A DNA stretch of 64,000 nt from Podarcis muralis (Eukaryota): contig NC_135661.1 in the NCBI RefSeq assembly GCF_964188315.1, positions 51,026,001 through 51,090,000 on the forward strand. Direction: 5' to 3'. Within the stretch, counting starts at the first letter, position 1, and the number at the start of each line of letters is the position of its first letter. A program made the position numbers and the translations under genes. A model generated the notes under the pieces. That model was not told the DNA's origin, did not search any database, and saw nothing but the letters and a program-made list of their open reading frames with translations. Below, piece by piece: positions 38,101-51,300 of this stretch.

Positions 38101-38899
38101 CATTCATATTATTTTATCACTTAGTTGCTATTTTTGCCTCCCTCTCCATCTACTCTACTTTCCCCTCACCTGTGCTATGCCCCTCCACCTCTGCATCCAC
38201 AACCCCATCCATGCACTCAAAAGTAAATGAAAGGCTTGCTGTATACAGGCTCCAAAGCTCCCTCAGCACTTCCTCCTTGTAACTGGGATCCCGTGCTTCA
38301 CCACCTTGATCCTTCCCTGATCACAAGGGGGCCACGATAGGCAGGGATGCTAGCTGCTGTGTCTGGGGCTGACCCCCACATAACTTTTCTGTCTCCAGCA
38401 GCAGCAAGAGCCAATCTGGAGAGTGTAGGGTCTACAAGGGCACTCTGAAGGAGTGCCTTAGCCTCTGTGCCTTCACCACACGTGTACAAATGCCTGCTTG
38501 AAGCTGTTTTGTTCAGTGGGGCTATGGTATTGGGGTGGGCATCAAAAAAAGGTGGAGATCCACATCAAGCTCACATCTGTGTCTTAAGACAGCAAGGAAG
38601 TAATCCCTCTCTTATTCATCCCCCTCCCCCCCCCCAAGACCTTCAAAGCAGCTTCAAATGTTGGAAGGGATGGCAAGGGACTGGTACATTTGCCCACAGG
38701 TGGCAGTCATGTTCTTTGTCAGAGGCATTTGGGGGTAAGAATTTTTTCCAAAAAAAAATAACAATATGACCAAAGAGAACATTTCAAAGACTGACTCCTC
38801 TATGTGTAATTCTGGCTATTTCACCAAACTACTTAATAGTCTACACTAAAATAAAAAGGTCTTTATTTTAGCCTCTTTATTGGCAGCAAAAACAGTAAT

Positions 38900-38946
38900 T
38901 AAAGGTAAAGGTACCCCTGCCCGTACGGGCCAGTCTTGCCAGACTC
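38900..38946 (-). mobile_element. 5'-truncated Sauria SINE, 47 bp
   Basis: TAAAGGTAAAGGTACCCCTGCCCGTACGGGCCAGTCTTGCCAGACTC differs by one base from the 3' end of the copy at 39595. Possible TSD ATTAAA. Confidence 0.85.
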
Positions 38947-39594
38947 ACATTAAAAAGTTCTGCAGACTCCTCTGTGAAGCCTTGGGGTTCATCCACACTT
39001 TTGTTTGTGCCACACCTAGATAGCTCAGGTCCAAGTGGCTTCCCCCTTGCCATGCTCGCGTTCAAGGGGAAACCAGCTCTTTAGCTTGGAACAAATGGCA
39101 ATCTGGGGGAAACCCAAATTGCTGTTTGCTCCGAGTGATGAGGAGTGGGTTTTCACTGGGGGAAAGCAGCAGGACAAGAGGAAGTGTGGATAAGCCCTGT
39201 GTTTCAGAGCGCCATTTATTAAAGGACAAGCACCAAACCCATGAAGGTTCTTAGAGGTCATGTAAAAGGAAAAGGCTACTCATTTTAATGTCCGGTTATC
39301 ATACCTCTTAGAACTAAGCCTCCAAATAATTATAAGATTTTGCTGCCATGCTAAGAGAATAATTATAGTTTGAAGGCTGTACTTGATGTATCCTAACTTA
39401 ATTGGTGATTTTTTTAAAAAAAGTTTGTGGACTATATTTAGCCCATGTTTACTGTAAAGGAAAATTCCACATTATAAGAATATTATTTTTAAAGTCTATA
39501 AAATGCAGTAGGCATTGAGCAGGGAGGGCTTTTTACTCATCAGTAGGAAGGAAGTTCTTCTGCATCTCTGATAGGCACAACTGGCACAACTATA

Positions 39595-39951
39595 AAGGTA
39601 AAGGTACCCCTGCCCGTACGGGCCAGTCTTGACAGACTCTAGGGTTGTGCTCCCATCTCACTCTATAGGCCGGGGGCCAGCGCTGTCCGGAGACACTTCC
39701 GGGTCACGTGGCCAGCGTGACATCGCTGCTCTGGCGAGCCAGAGCCGCACATGGAAACGGCGTTTACCTTCCCGCTAGTAAGCGGTCCCTATTTATCTAC
39801 TTGCACCCGGGGGTGCTTTCGAACTGCTAGGTTGGCAGGCGCTGGGACCGAGCAACGGGAGCGCACCCCGCCGCGGGGATTCGAACCACCGACCTTTTGA
39901 TCGGCAAGCCCTAGGCGCTGAGGCTTTTACCCACAGCGCCACCCGCGTCCC
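39595..39951 (-). mobile_element. Full-length young Sauria SINE
   Basis: Starts GGGACGCGGGTGGCGCTG, has B box GGTTCGAATCC, retains its CpGs and ends in an (ACCTTT)2 tail. Perfect 13-bp TSD TGGCACAACTATA at 39582-39594 and 39952-39964. Confidence 0.95.
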
Positions 39952-40299
39952 TGGCACAACTATACTGCCACACAATTGACCTATGTTTTGGGGTGAGGAG
40001 GGAAATAATTATTCCACTATAAGATTTTTAAAAAACAAACAAACACAAGAGTTGGGGAATAACTCTTCTAACTGAAGAATCACGGATTAATAGATTAGAT
40101 TTTCATAACCAGCCAGAGTTCTAATGCTAAGGCTCCCTATTCTCAGCAAATTAGTTTTAGGGTATAAGCTGACAATCAAAATATCATTGCCCCAGTGTTG
40201 CAAAAAAAGTATTTTGGATTGTGCTTGATTGCAATTCTAATCTGCAACCTTACAGCACTAATATTCAGTGCCCTGTCTACAGTCTTAATATATTGCATT

Positions 40300-40305
40300 T
40301 TTATT
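40300..40305 (-). terminator. Candidate poly(A) signal for the duplicated C16orf46-like exon
   Basis: TTTATT (AATAAA on minus) about 580 nt past the stop at 40887. Confidence 0.35.
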
Positions 40306-40886
40306 TAATAATAATAATATATTGTAACATCAAAATTTGCAATATTTAAAACACAGCAAATTCAATGGTTCCCCCCATAAACCTGTGAAAACTACCTGTA
40401 AATAGGTTTCTTTCTCCCCCATAACCTAAAAGGGGCTACCACTGAAAGGGGCAGTTGGGAAGGCCAGGTGCGCCAACCAAAAACCACCCATGGTGCTTTG
40501 GGGCTCCAGATATTGGGAGAAAGAATGACCACCTTAATATATAGTCATTCTGAATTATAGTAAACTACTAGAACCAAAATAGCCTCAGAAACCAAGAGTA
40601 CCCCTTAAGTCCCAGGTCTTTGGCCTCACTGGTTTGAAATTAGTCACTGCCAATTAATTGAGATGATCAGTCCTGTTGAGTTAAAGCTCCCTCATTATTA
40701 ATGTAATTGCCCTTGCTACTGTCACAATTTTACAAGGGCAGCACAAACCATGCAGGTGTTCGTACTGCATTTAGAATAGCAATAATTGGGAAGGGAAGAT
40801 AGCTTGAATGTAATCTTAATTCAGTGCAAAGGAAAAAGTCAAACAGCTTTGAAGACAAGACAAAATAGCTGAGCACCATGGACAAG

Positions 40887-41585
40887 TCAAAGGGCGATAC
40901 ATGATTTTTGTATTTGCTTTTTCACCGTATTATTCATACCAACTTCTTTTTTTTCACTCTTCTGCTTTACCTTTTTAATTACGTGGCTATAGGAGACTGC
41001 GTCCGTGCTGTCCTCTTCCTCAGTTCTCTTGACTGCCGTTGCTCCATGCTTTGAAGGAGGCTCCAGATGCAAATTGATTACATTGCCTTCGTCTGGTCTG
41101 AAGACCAAAAATGCATTTAAGGTTATGCAGCTCAAGCTGTTAGGAGGATTACCGTGGATGACTCTGGGCAGGCCGATCTCATTATATTTCAGGATGTCAG
41201 GTTCTGTCTGCCGGTGTGAGTACTTGATTTCATATTCCTTTATTGGCAAGCTCCTTTTTTCACCTAGGAATGTTTGGATAGAGTCTAATTTCCCTCTCTT
41301 TCTGTCTCCCTCGGCATGGGCTGTCATCTTTGGGACATAGTTGTATGGTTTGATGCACGAAACTTCAATCTTTTTGTTGCTTGAAACTGGTTCTCCTTCG
41401 GTAAATTTGCCGTCCATTTTTTGTCTCTCTCTTGCCATCTGTGCTACCCAGGCCATGTTTTTCTTATTAGCAGGCACCATATTCTGGTGAGAGATGCTTG
41501 AGACTGTTTTGGTTACTCTTGGTTTCTTGGTCTCTTTTTGGATCTTACAGCATGCGAAAGGAGTAGCTCTCCCCCAGCCTTGTTC
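40887..41585 (-). CDS. Diverged duplicate of the C16orf46 terminal coding exon, 232 codons plus stop; alternative last exon or truncated paralog
   Basis: Pyrimidine-rich acceptor TTCTTTCCTTCCAG|GAA, phase 0, open to TGA at 40887. EQGWGRATPFA, FLGEKRSLPIKEYEI and KQKSEKKEVGMNNTVKKQI correspond to VQGWGKTAPFA, FQGEKRTVPIKEYSI and EQKSEKRIDTMCNAVKEQI of the exon at 45382-46536. Confidence 0.7.
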   Translation of the reverse strand, partial: EQGWGRATPFACCKIQKETKKPRVTKTVSSISHQNMVPANKKNMAWVAQMARERQKMDGKFTEGEPVSSNKKIEVSCIKPYNYVPKMTAHAEGDRKRGKLDSIQTFLGEKRSLPIKEYEIKYSHRQTEPDILKYNEIGLPRVIHGNPPNSLSCITLNAFLVFRPDEGNVINLHLEPPSKHGATAVKRTEEEDSTDAVSYSHVIKKVKQKSEKKEVGMNNTVKKQIQKSCIAL

Positions 41586-44301
41586 CTGGAAGGAAAGAAG
41601 GGAGGGGGAAAGATGGTGCCTTTAAATTCAGAGTCTTGCAGCCACACCAAAAACGTGAATCTTTCACTTTCACAAAAAACACTTAATATAATGAATTTCA
41701 CCAAACCTCTATACAAAACTTGTAGTAAATTTTGGCCAAATTCTGCTTAAACTTTTCAATGTCATGTTAGGTAACTTTTCCATGCTCTCTAGAACTTTCA
41801 TTTGAAAAATGAGAATTTTCCACTAAATGTTATATTGGATATGTCCTGCTGGTGATGATTTATTGAACCAAGTTAGTAATGAAATCCTATAAAAAAAAAC
41901 CAATGTCAGCCCTCTGGGGGCCACTTGCCAAAGTGGCGAAAGTGTAAAAGCAGGTGTAGTCCTTTTTTAAAGGATACATCGGCATGGGAGTCCTGGGAGA
42001 ATCACCAAAAAATATTCTGGTATAACAGAATCACAGTAGGGTGTCCACAGAACTGGTCAAGGTTTTTTTTAATGGATATAAATTCAGGAGGGTCTTGGGG
42101 TGCATTTGCGGGGGGGTGGGGAGGAATCAAATGATTATTTGTATCTAAAGAAGGCTCTATATTTTTAAAGCTAAATGATTATTAAATTCTGCTGTAGTCT
42201 CACATTCTTTGTGATGTACATTATCCATGCTGTTACCCCCTATTTTTCCACATTTGATATAATGGTGATTTTTTAAAAAAAACCTCAAGTGTTTAAAAGA
42301 AAATCAATAGTATGATTTTTTTTAAAAAAACACACCACAATTTTTTAAAAAAGAATGAAATCACAGCTAAATTCCACACTGTTATCATTGACAAAGTCCA
42401 CAGAAGAACTAAGAAAAAAAACTATTGCTATTTTAAAAGCTAGTTAGCAATACACACTTGTGTTAGTATGTAATGCTACACACATTTACTTGTGTATGTA
42501 ATCCTATATACACTTATTTTGGAGCATGCACCATTGAGTATTGGATTGTGGCATCTGTTCTATTTGTGCAGGGCAGAAAAGAAGAGTTAAAACAAAGGGC
42601 ATGACCCAACCAACGCTAAGATACTTTTAAAGTCCCTACTTATTTTCAGTTAGCGTTATGAACATGCTTAAATCTTTCCCACTGAAACCAGTGGAATATG
42701 CAGCCTGGCCCTGGACATACCTACCCAGAAGTGGGCCCCACTGTGTTCAAGGAGGGGAACTGGAGTCCAGCCGTCTCCAGAGGGCCCCAGCCTTCCCCCC
42801 ACACCACACCCTCGCCTAAGTAATACAAAATTCATACTTTGTTCATTGTAATGCCAAATTGCTTTTTGAAGTTTTCCTAACTGCAGCATCAGGAAGCATG
42901 ACTTGTAAGTACTATCAAGCATGGCTTTTCAGCTCACTAACTTGGTTTAGCTGGTAAGTAACAAGATCAATCATTTTAAATTCACTGAAAAGTAGCTGCT
43001 ATTTATTTTGGTTCACTCATCAATGGAATCATTAGAAAAGAAACTTCAAGTTTATTTATGCTCACAAAGAATTAAAATTTATTGACATTTTATTCTGCTT
43101 GTAATTTTGAAAAATGAAAACACATATTAATGGGTCCTTAAATATGACATGTTATTTTCTGTAAAGCCATTATTTCACAAGGTACAAGTCTACATAGGTG
43201 AAGACTGACAACCATTTAACTGTCTGTATTTTGTATGAGAGGTAAAACTTTCATCCACTTGGCCTAACAGGATCACACAGGTAACTGACTCAGCAAGTGG
43301 TTACAGCTATAGCATGGTTAAGCAACCACTTTGTAAACGACTGCTTGTATCCATCCATTATCCAAAACTTTGCTTAAGCCCTGTTTTGTTTTGTTTTAAA
43401 CTGGAGCACAGAATTTCACAATTCTTAGCAGTAAATGTGATGTGCAATGAGGGTAGCAGGAAGCCCTTCAACAATGTTCACTAAAACCAGCATTTCTACA
43501 GAAGTGGTAGTAGGAGCAAGAGGAAGGGTTAAGTCTAGCAGCCAATCCAAGAAAAGGCAATTCAAATAGACAGTTTATAATGGTTCGAGCAATTTTGTCT
43601 CCTATAATGGGGGGGTGAGGAATTCACACCATTTAATTGGTGGTTCACCCCCAAAAATCTTTGCCCCACACTTGTAGAAACAGGTGTGGTTTCTTAAAGA
43701 TATTGCATGTTTGTTACAACATTTCTGTCAGTCACTGTTTTAATCCCTTCTTTGTAGGCACTGATGAATCCTGAAAAAATGGTCATGCTATTGAACACTT
43801 TTGCTTTAAATAATTTCATGCCTGTTTTAAGAACAAGAAAGCAAGCTGCTTGTCAAAAAAGTTCATTTTTTCAACTAGCCTACTGTGTTCTTGCAGGAGG
43901 TTTATGCACATGAATTCCTGGTGAGAGCCCTTGCTCCAAAAGGAAAAGGCCACTCAGCTCTCAGATTTTTTTTGCATAAGAACTCAAAATATTTAGTTCA
44001 AGGACTACGATCAGTTTATGTGCAAACTTGTTTGTTTGAAACTAAAAAGAATTTGGCAAGATTTTATAATAAAACTACTTGAACAAGTTTCTGTACAATT
44101 GATCAAATATAAGTGGATTCCATGAATCATGGGTGAGTGACATTGGGACTCTTGCAATTGGATATCCAGAAATGTCATTACCTTCCTGCTACTCCAAATG
44201 CATCAGATAAGGTGTAGGATAATTATGGCAGATGTTGACAGGAAAATCTCTTGGATTGAAATACTGAGGAACATGCTGTCACTGTGCATACAGAAAAGTA
44301 T

Positions 44302-44307
44302 TTTATT
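44302..44307 (-). terminator. Candidate poly(A) signal of the main C16orf46 transcript
   Basis: TTTATT about 1.08 kb past the stop at 45382. Confidence 0.4.
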
Positions 44308-45381
44308 GAAGCTATCTAGATTATAAAGCAATGTGAGTTACCTAATTTTGCAGAGGGGGACAAGTCCTAGCTAACATAAACAAATCAAGAAGTATATACA
44401 GTCAATTCTACACACACAAATATAACTAAATATTAACTTTGCTTCCTTAGTCTTATCTACACATTGTTTGAACATTAAACATAAAAGAAAACTTTAAAAA
44501 TAAACTTTTTACAACATCTAAAAACAGTTAAGGCTTTGCACAAATTGGAGGGCGCTTGAAAATAGTACATCATTGTGGCAGAGACTACGCAGACAATTTT
44601 TGGTACTTTTCTAGATTCCATATGGTGAAGCACTTGGTCTAGGCCTGTACAACTGTACAACTCATTGAGATAAATATAGCTCATGAGCAACTTAGTCTGG
44701 CCTGACAGATATTTGACAGCCTTCTATTGCCATCCTTGACAGAGAGCAAAAACAGGCATTGTGGCTATGTATGGCTCAATGACTTCCAAATTGTACGGGC
44801 TTAATTTAGGCAAAATCTGATCCCTTGCCCATCTATTCTGAGTTTGGTGCAGTAGTTCAAGTATTCCTTGAGAAGACAAACTACACAGGTCATGGTGCTT
44901 CTGCAGTGGTCCTTCCCAAGCAAAAGGACTAATAAGAACGAAACAGACCAAAGTAGCTTGCATTTACCATACATACAGTGGGGACTGGAAGTACTGAAAC
45001 GCTATGCCCAATTTTCTAAATAAGAACTAGCTAGGTGTACTTTTAAAGACAAAAAGTTTTTGGCAAACTGGGGGCATCATCCAGGCAATGCACATTAAGG
45101 CTCATCTCTGAGAGCCTGAGTCTACACGGCAGACTCTATTAGTTCAACTAAACATATTTAAGGATCTACTGAAACCATTATCATATTGTAAGAGGTAATC
45201 AATTGGTATTTTAATTTTGTACAGAAATGAGTGGCAGTCAACTCTATTCAAAATAGCACCTATGCAAATTAACAAATCTGCCCAGTCTGCTTTACAATGA
45301 CTTTTCAGTATTTTTTCTCATTATACAGAGTGCTCCAAACAAATCCATGAATAGCCCAACAAGAAATTACAATTTAAAAAG

Positions 45382-48300
45382 TCAGGTCAGCCTAAAGGGC
45401 AATGCAGCTATTGCAACACGGCTGACCGTTAAGGAAGGGAATAGTCCAGAAAGCAGAGGGATCTCCTGTGTTTTTGACTCATTTCCTTGTTTGGTTCCAG
45501 TGTGACTCCTGCTTCTGGTGCAAGGGTCTTGCATCTCATTAGCTTTGTTGATTCGCGCTCCTTTTTTATGCAGAAAATGCATGCTGTTGAGATGATTGTG
45601 TCTTCGCAGTGCTATTGAATTAGACATGGTTGCCATTTTTGGATCTGGTGCAAATGCACAATGCCAGTAGCAACGATCTGGGTTTCTTGAGATGAATGAA
45701 GTCTTGGAAAGCCTTGAGTCAAAAGAGGCTATTTCATGCATTTTTATTTGCTCCTTCACTGCATTACACATTGTGTCTATTCTTTTTTCACTCTTTTGCT
45801 CTTTGGTTTTAAAAACCTGACCACAGCAACTTGTCTCGGAAACAGCATGGAATGATTTTTCACTTGCCTGGGAAGTAACAGTCTTGCTTTTCTTTGCTGA
45901 AGGATCCAGGGTGGTTTTGAGAGTTGCATCTTTCAGAGGTGGTAGTACTAATGATGGCTTAACAGTAGCAGTTTCAGTGCCAACATGATTACATATGGGA
46001 GGCTCGTAGCCTTTTGTGTCTTTGTATTTCACAGTTTCTAGAGTTTTGGGTTTTCCTGTAGTCAGTATACTATACTCCTTTATTGGCACTGTTCTCTTTT
46101 CTCCTTGGAAGAGAGGACTCTCTTTCATTAGAAAAAATCTCCTTTCACTTAAAGTAGCTTGAGCATCCTTTAAGGACACTTTTTTCTTTTCTCCTTGGGA
46201 TGTCTGACCAGAATATATTTTGCCATAACAGTTTTCCTTTTTAGAGTCTTCTGTTGCAGAAGAGTCTATGGTTGCACTCTGTAAAAGCAGTGTCTGTTGT
46301 TTTTCTGGAATACGATCTGTGGCAGCACATGTACTTAATTTGAAATCAGTTTTCAATGGTTCTGTACCCTTGGGGTCTTGTTCCAAACTTTTGTCAATAA
46401 CTTGATTCAGATCTAAGCAGTAAAGGCATCCACTGACAGACTGGCATCCACTGACAGACTCACTTGTCTTTGCTTTTCTAGCTTTCTTCTGTAGCTGAAG
46501 ATAAGCAAATGGGGCTGTTTTGCCCCAGCCTTGGACCTGAGAGCAAAATGATGTGAATATAAGTTAGTATTTTAAGCAGCAGAGCAACTAGATTTACTGG
46601 TAATCTCTTGCTAATTTTAACTGTGGACCAATATGCAGGAAAAGCTATTCTCTGCTCAAAAAAAGTGTAATTGAAATGAGGTTCCTAGACCATTTTAAAA
46701 TAATGCCCCATTATCAAGAAAGTCAGATAAGACTGTTGAGCAGACCTTAAATGAGTCATAGTTTGGTACTAAACAAGAAGGTCCAGCACAAGTCAACTCC
46801 TGACTTTTGTTTCATACCAGTCTACTTAAATAACAAAGCTGTGCATATCATATTATGGCTAATATTTAGTCTAAAATGGGAGGACCAAAAGCTATTATTC
46901 ATGTTCTTAATGCTTTCTTTAGAGCTCTTCACTAACACAGCATTCCTACCAATGGGACAGCAGAAGGCAGAGGATTTGAATAACTCAAAGACATTTTACT
47001 GGACACATGGTTTCAAAACAAAAAGGTGGAAAGCGTGGTGCTCTTTTTTATTTGTCCTTTCTAAGTGCTTGTCTTCTAAGTTTTTATTATTTCTTTCCTG
47101 ATGTTTCCAGTAGAAGGAAAATACATATGTCAGTTCCAAGGCTGACATTTATTTATCTCAATTTATTTATTGGGCAGGGGTGGAGTCAGGGATATGGAAA
47201 GGATTTAGATCCAAACCAACCCCTTTCTTTGCTCCAACCAACATTTGAACTTTGACATTGGTAAGACAAATGGCCACAGTGACTTCCATAGTGGCTGGAA
47301 GAGGCCTTATGAGGTTCTCCACCCTCAACTTGGAGATTTGAAACATCCAATGGCCCCCTGGCACACCCTCCCAGGGACCATGGGATTCTAGCCTCAATAC
47401 TGAATTATTTTTTTAAGTAATAGAAAGTATAAAATATCATTTTATAGAAGAAAGGAAGAGACTTGCTTTTTTTAAAATGCAGACAATGGGCTAAAGCAAT
47501 TATCTGTACTTCAGTGCTCCATAGACACACTATACTATACTATACTATACTATACTATACTATACTATACTATACTATACTTCCGTGCACAACTGGAGGT
47601 GCTGTACCTCTAGAAAACACAAGTTGCTTTTCTCCAGAACAGCCCCATTGCCAGTAGTAGGAAGTCAGCTGTGAAGCTTGCATAATCTCACCCTGGCACA
47701 ACAAGTGTTCTGATCAATCCTTTCAGGGTTTTTTTAAAAAATAGTGAATATTATATCTACCATGAAGTTCTCAGAGCACCTTGCAGTAAACTCACAAGTT
47801 CTTTTCAATTCAGTTTTAAGGACAAGTCCTCCTAAGGCAGTGTACCATCATATTTAAACCAATATCCTAAAACCACACCACAATTAATATAAACAACAGA
47901 ATAGAGCACATGAAAGAAATAAAAGCCAGCAACACCATCCCCAAAAAGTTGCACACAACAACCAAAAAAACTCTTTAAGGCCCATTTAAAACTCTGAAGC
48001 AGGAGGCCAATTAAGTTCTTATGGGAGGGAGATCCAAAGATGCAGGACTATCACTGAAAAGGCCCTGTACTTGGTGTCCAGAAATCTGATTGGTCTATCT
48101 GTAAAGACAGTCATAAATAGAAAGAACTTCACCCAAAGCAAAAAAAAGTCTGAATAATCTGTGCCAGGCAAAACACTGAAGCATGGTGGCATTGCTAGCA
48201 TGGAGTCCTATGTACCATACAAAAGCCAAAATAGGTACCATCACAGCAGCCAGGCTGAGCTCTTGTAAGCAAACCCTTAGGTTATGTTAGCTTTGCTTCT

Positions 48301-51300
48301 GGGAACAGTTATGGTTCTGAAAGCTGCCACCTACTAGTCTGTCAGCATAAATGCCTTCCACAGTAACTTCTCCAGTGGTGACTGTTATGAGCCCGAGTTT
48401 GAATACAAGGTGGAAAGCTGGATCATGCACTCCTGACTATGTGAAAGTGTTCTTCAAGGACAGCTTTGCTGTTTGGTCAATAATTCCTGGTCCACTGGAG
48501 TAACGTAAACTATATCCTCATGCCCATGAAAGACAACCATTGCATAGTAGCCTACTGCCACATTCCTGATTATGACAAAACCAGACGACACTATGGCAAA
48601 CTCCTTCAAAGATGATCCAGTCCAATTTTTTGCTCTGAATCAGGATGCATTATCTCCTAACTAGAATCTTAGTTAATAGAACTGAATTTTTATTGTTTTG
48701 AAATTGTTATACTTGCTCTGCTACATCGTAAGCTGCTTTAAAAATGTCTTTTGCCTCGAAAAGTAGGATATAAAACAGGCAAAGGACACCCACAGAAGGG
48801 CCTCTGAAGAGAATCTCAGCATTCAGGCAGCGGTCCTGCAGATATCTGCAACCTGAGCTACACAGCTTTAAAGGTTAACAACAACACTATGAATTGTATT
48901 TGGAAATAGACATCTAACCACTGAATATGTTTATGCACTTGTGTAATGCGTTCCATTCGACCAAACATATTATGGGCTAGTTGTGGCTTCTCAGTAGTCT
49001 TCTAAGGCATCCCCTTCCATCTGAGTCTGGATAGGTCAGTTGATTAGAGCATGATAATGCCAAGGTTGCAGGTTCGATCCCCTTATGGGACAGCTGCATA
49101 TTCCTGCTTTGTAGGGGGTTGGACTAGATGATCCTCAGGGTCCCTTCCAACACTACAATTCTATGATTCTATAAAGACACTGCATTAGCTTAACATAAGA
49201 GAGTCATCAAGAGGAGGGATGAAAACTGGCATAGCAGCTGAAACTGGCAGAAAGTGCTTCATGCAACATCTCACTTGGGCATCCAGATATAAGAACAGAT
49301 CTAAACAAATCTCCAAGCTCTGCATCTAATTCTTCAAGGAAATGCAAAACCACCCAAAATAGACTCAACATATCAGGCTAAATCACTTATAAACCAATTA
49401 TAATCAGTACCTCCATCTTGTCTGGATTGAGCTTCAGTTAGTTAGCATGCATCCAGTTCATGCAACCCAGCCAGATGGACAGGGTATAAATAATAAATTT
49501 ATTATTATTATTATTATTATTATTACTCATTTCATACATCAGTTCAACTTATCCACCACCACTTCTGAATTTTACAAGAAAATGTCAGCAGCATACGGAT
49601 GGCACCTTACTCCAGGATCCCAAAGGACCTCAGGATTTTCAAACAGAAGAGATTCTAAACAGCATAAGAGACAAAATAAATCCCTGCATAATACATTAGT
49701 GATGATCTCTCAGCACCACATTCTGAAAATGGCTCTCCACATGGGAACTGAAGCACAATGTCCCTGGAAATATACACCAGAATAATATCATAACTGATGG
49801 TAACAAAACCTGCTGAGAAATTTAGGAAAAATAGGAGGGTTGCAATCAGGGTTGTGATAATTACCTACTAGATAACTTTTATTCACAAATGAGAAATTAT
49901 CAACCAATAAATGGAACAGTCTGCATGTTAAGAGAAGGTACATATCTGCTTCCTTCAAGGTGGCTTGGGTTGCTCCCTCTCACAAGAAAGCATCACTAGA
50001 CCTTGCTGGTCATTCTCTTCCCCCAACACTTGCAAGGTGTTATAAACTAGGAAATGCAAAGCATGTATATAAGGAAAGGATGGACTCTGGATGAAGCCAC
50101 TGGCAGGATTGCAGCCCTAAAAATAAGTACCATGTGGACATAACCACAGGGCTTCTTAATTAGATACAGAAATCAGGACACAAAGCAGAGCTCAAAAAAA
50201 TGTAGTAAACATGAGCCTAAAAATAGAGTAACAATGGCATGGCAGTAGGAAGAAAAGCTTTGACATTTGCTTCACAATCCAAAATACAAGAAAACTGTAA
50301 AAGTAATTACACAATTAACTGCAGTCATATGAAGACTTACTTGGGCATAAGCCCCAGTAAATGCAGGCTGACTTATTTCCATGCATAGCGCCAGCTGCAC
50401 ATCTTTAAAATGACATATAATGGGAAAGTGTAGACTGTAGAGTACCCTGAGCAAAGAATTAAAGTATTGCTACATATACTAACCTGAACCAAATCACAAA
50501 TACTATCATTATAATAATTTCATCAAAAGCATTGTCTAATTTAAGGATTATCTTTTATGTAAATTTAGGAACCCAACACCACTCACTTTAGTCTGGACAG
50601 GGTGAAATTATTAATACCTATAATTTATTTTTATTAATGCCTTTGTAAATAGATCAACAAGATTCTTGCCATTCCTTAAAGATTAACACATTTATCATGG
50701 CATAGGTTTTTATGGGTTAAAGCTCGGTCTATCTCCCAAATGTTTTTATCACGCTAAATGGACTTAACGTGTCACAAGGGTTTTGTTTTTAAATATTTTC
50801 TTTAAAATAATTTTATCCCACATTTGAGTATATAAACTTTCTAAGCAGCTAAGAAAGTTTAGGAACTACAATACAGAAACAATACAAACCATAAGAATGT
50901 CAACAAACGTACCCAGCAGCAAAGGAAGTGTTAAAACAATTAAAAATTCAGGAGAATGCAGTTGTATCAACCTCATTCTAAAGGCTAAGAGTAGGTGCCA
51001 GTCAATTTGTCCCTGGAGAAAATCTTCCAAAACCAAGATACCACTATCTGATTGCCACCCACTTTCCATCTGAAAGTGGAAGCACCCAAAGCAAGGCCTC
51101 TGATGAATGTCTTAAAAATCAAGCAGGTTCATATAGGAGCAGTCAAGCCTTCAGATACTCTGGTCCAAAGCCATATGAGACTTTATACGTTAAAACCTGT
51201 CACAACCAGTATCTTGGGAAATCCTTGGAATCAAATTAGAAGCCACAGAAAATTGGCAAGCTACATTCCAAGTGGCTTGTTCCAGTCAACAGTTTAGTTG

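Noticed and set aside
37517-38330. ORFs of 94-144 aa on both strands over a pyrimidine-skewed tract
   Set aside because: Low-complexity composition, no recognisable domain or exon structure; possibly an old transposon interior.
42668-42922. Possible second copy of the C16orf46 first coding exon (NEQSMNF...GDGW)
   Set aside because: Resemblance to NEQEERSLDC...GTGWEEA is too weak, and there is no WEEA-donor motif.
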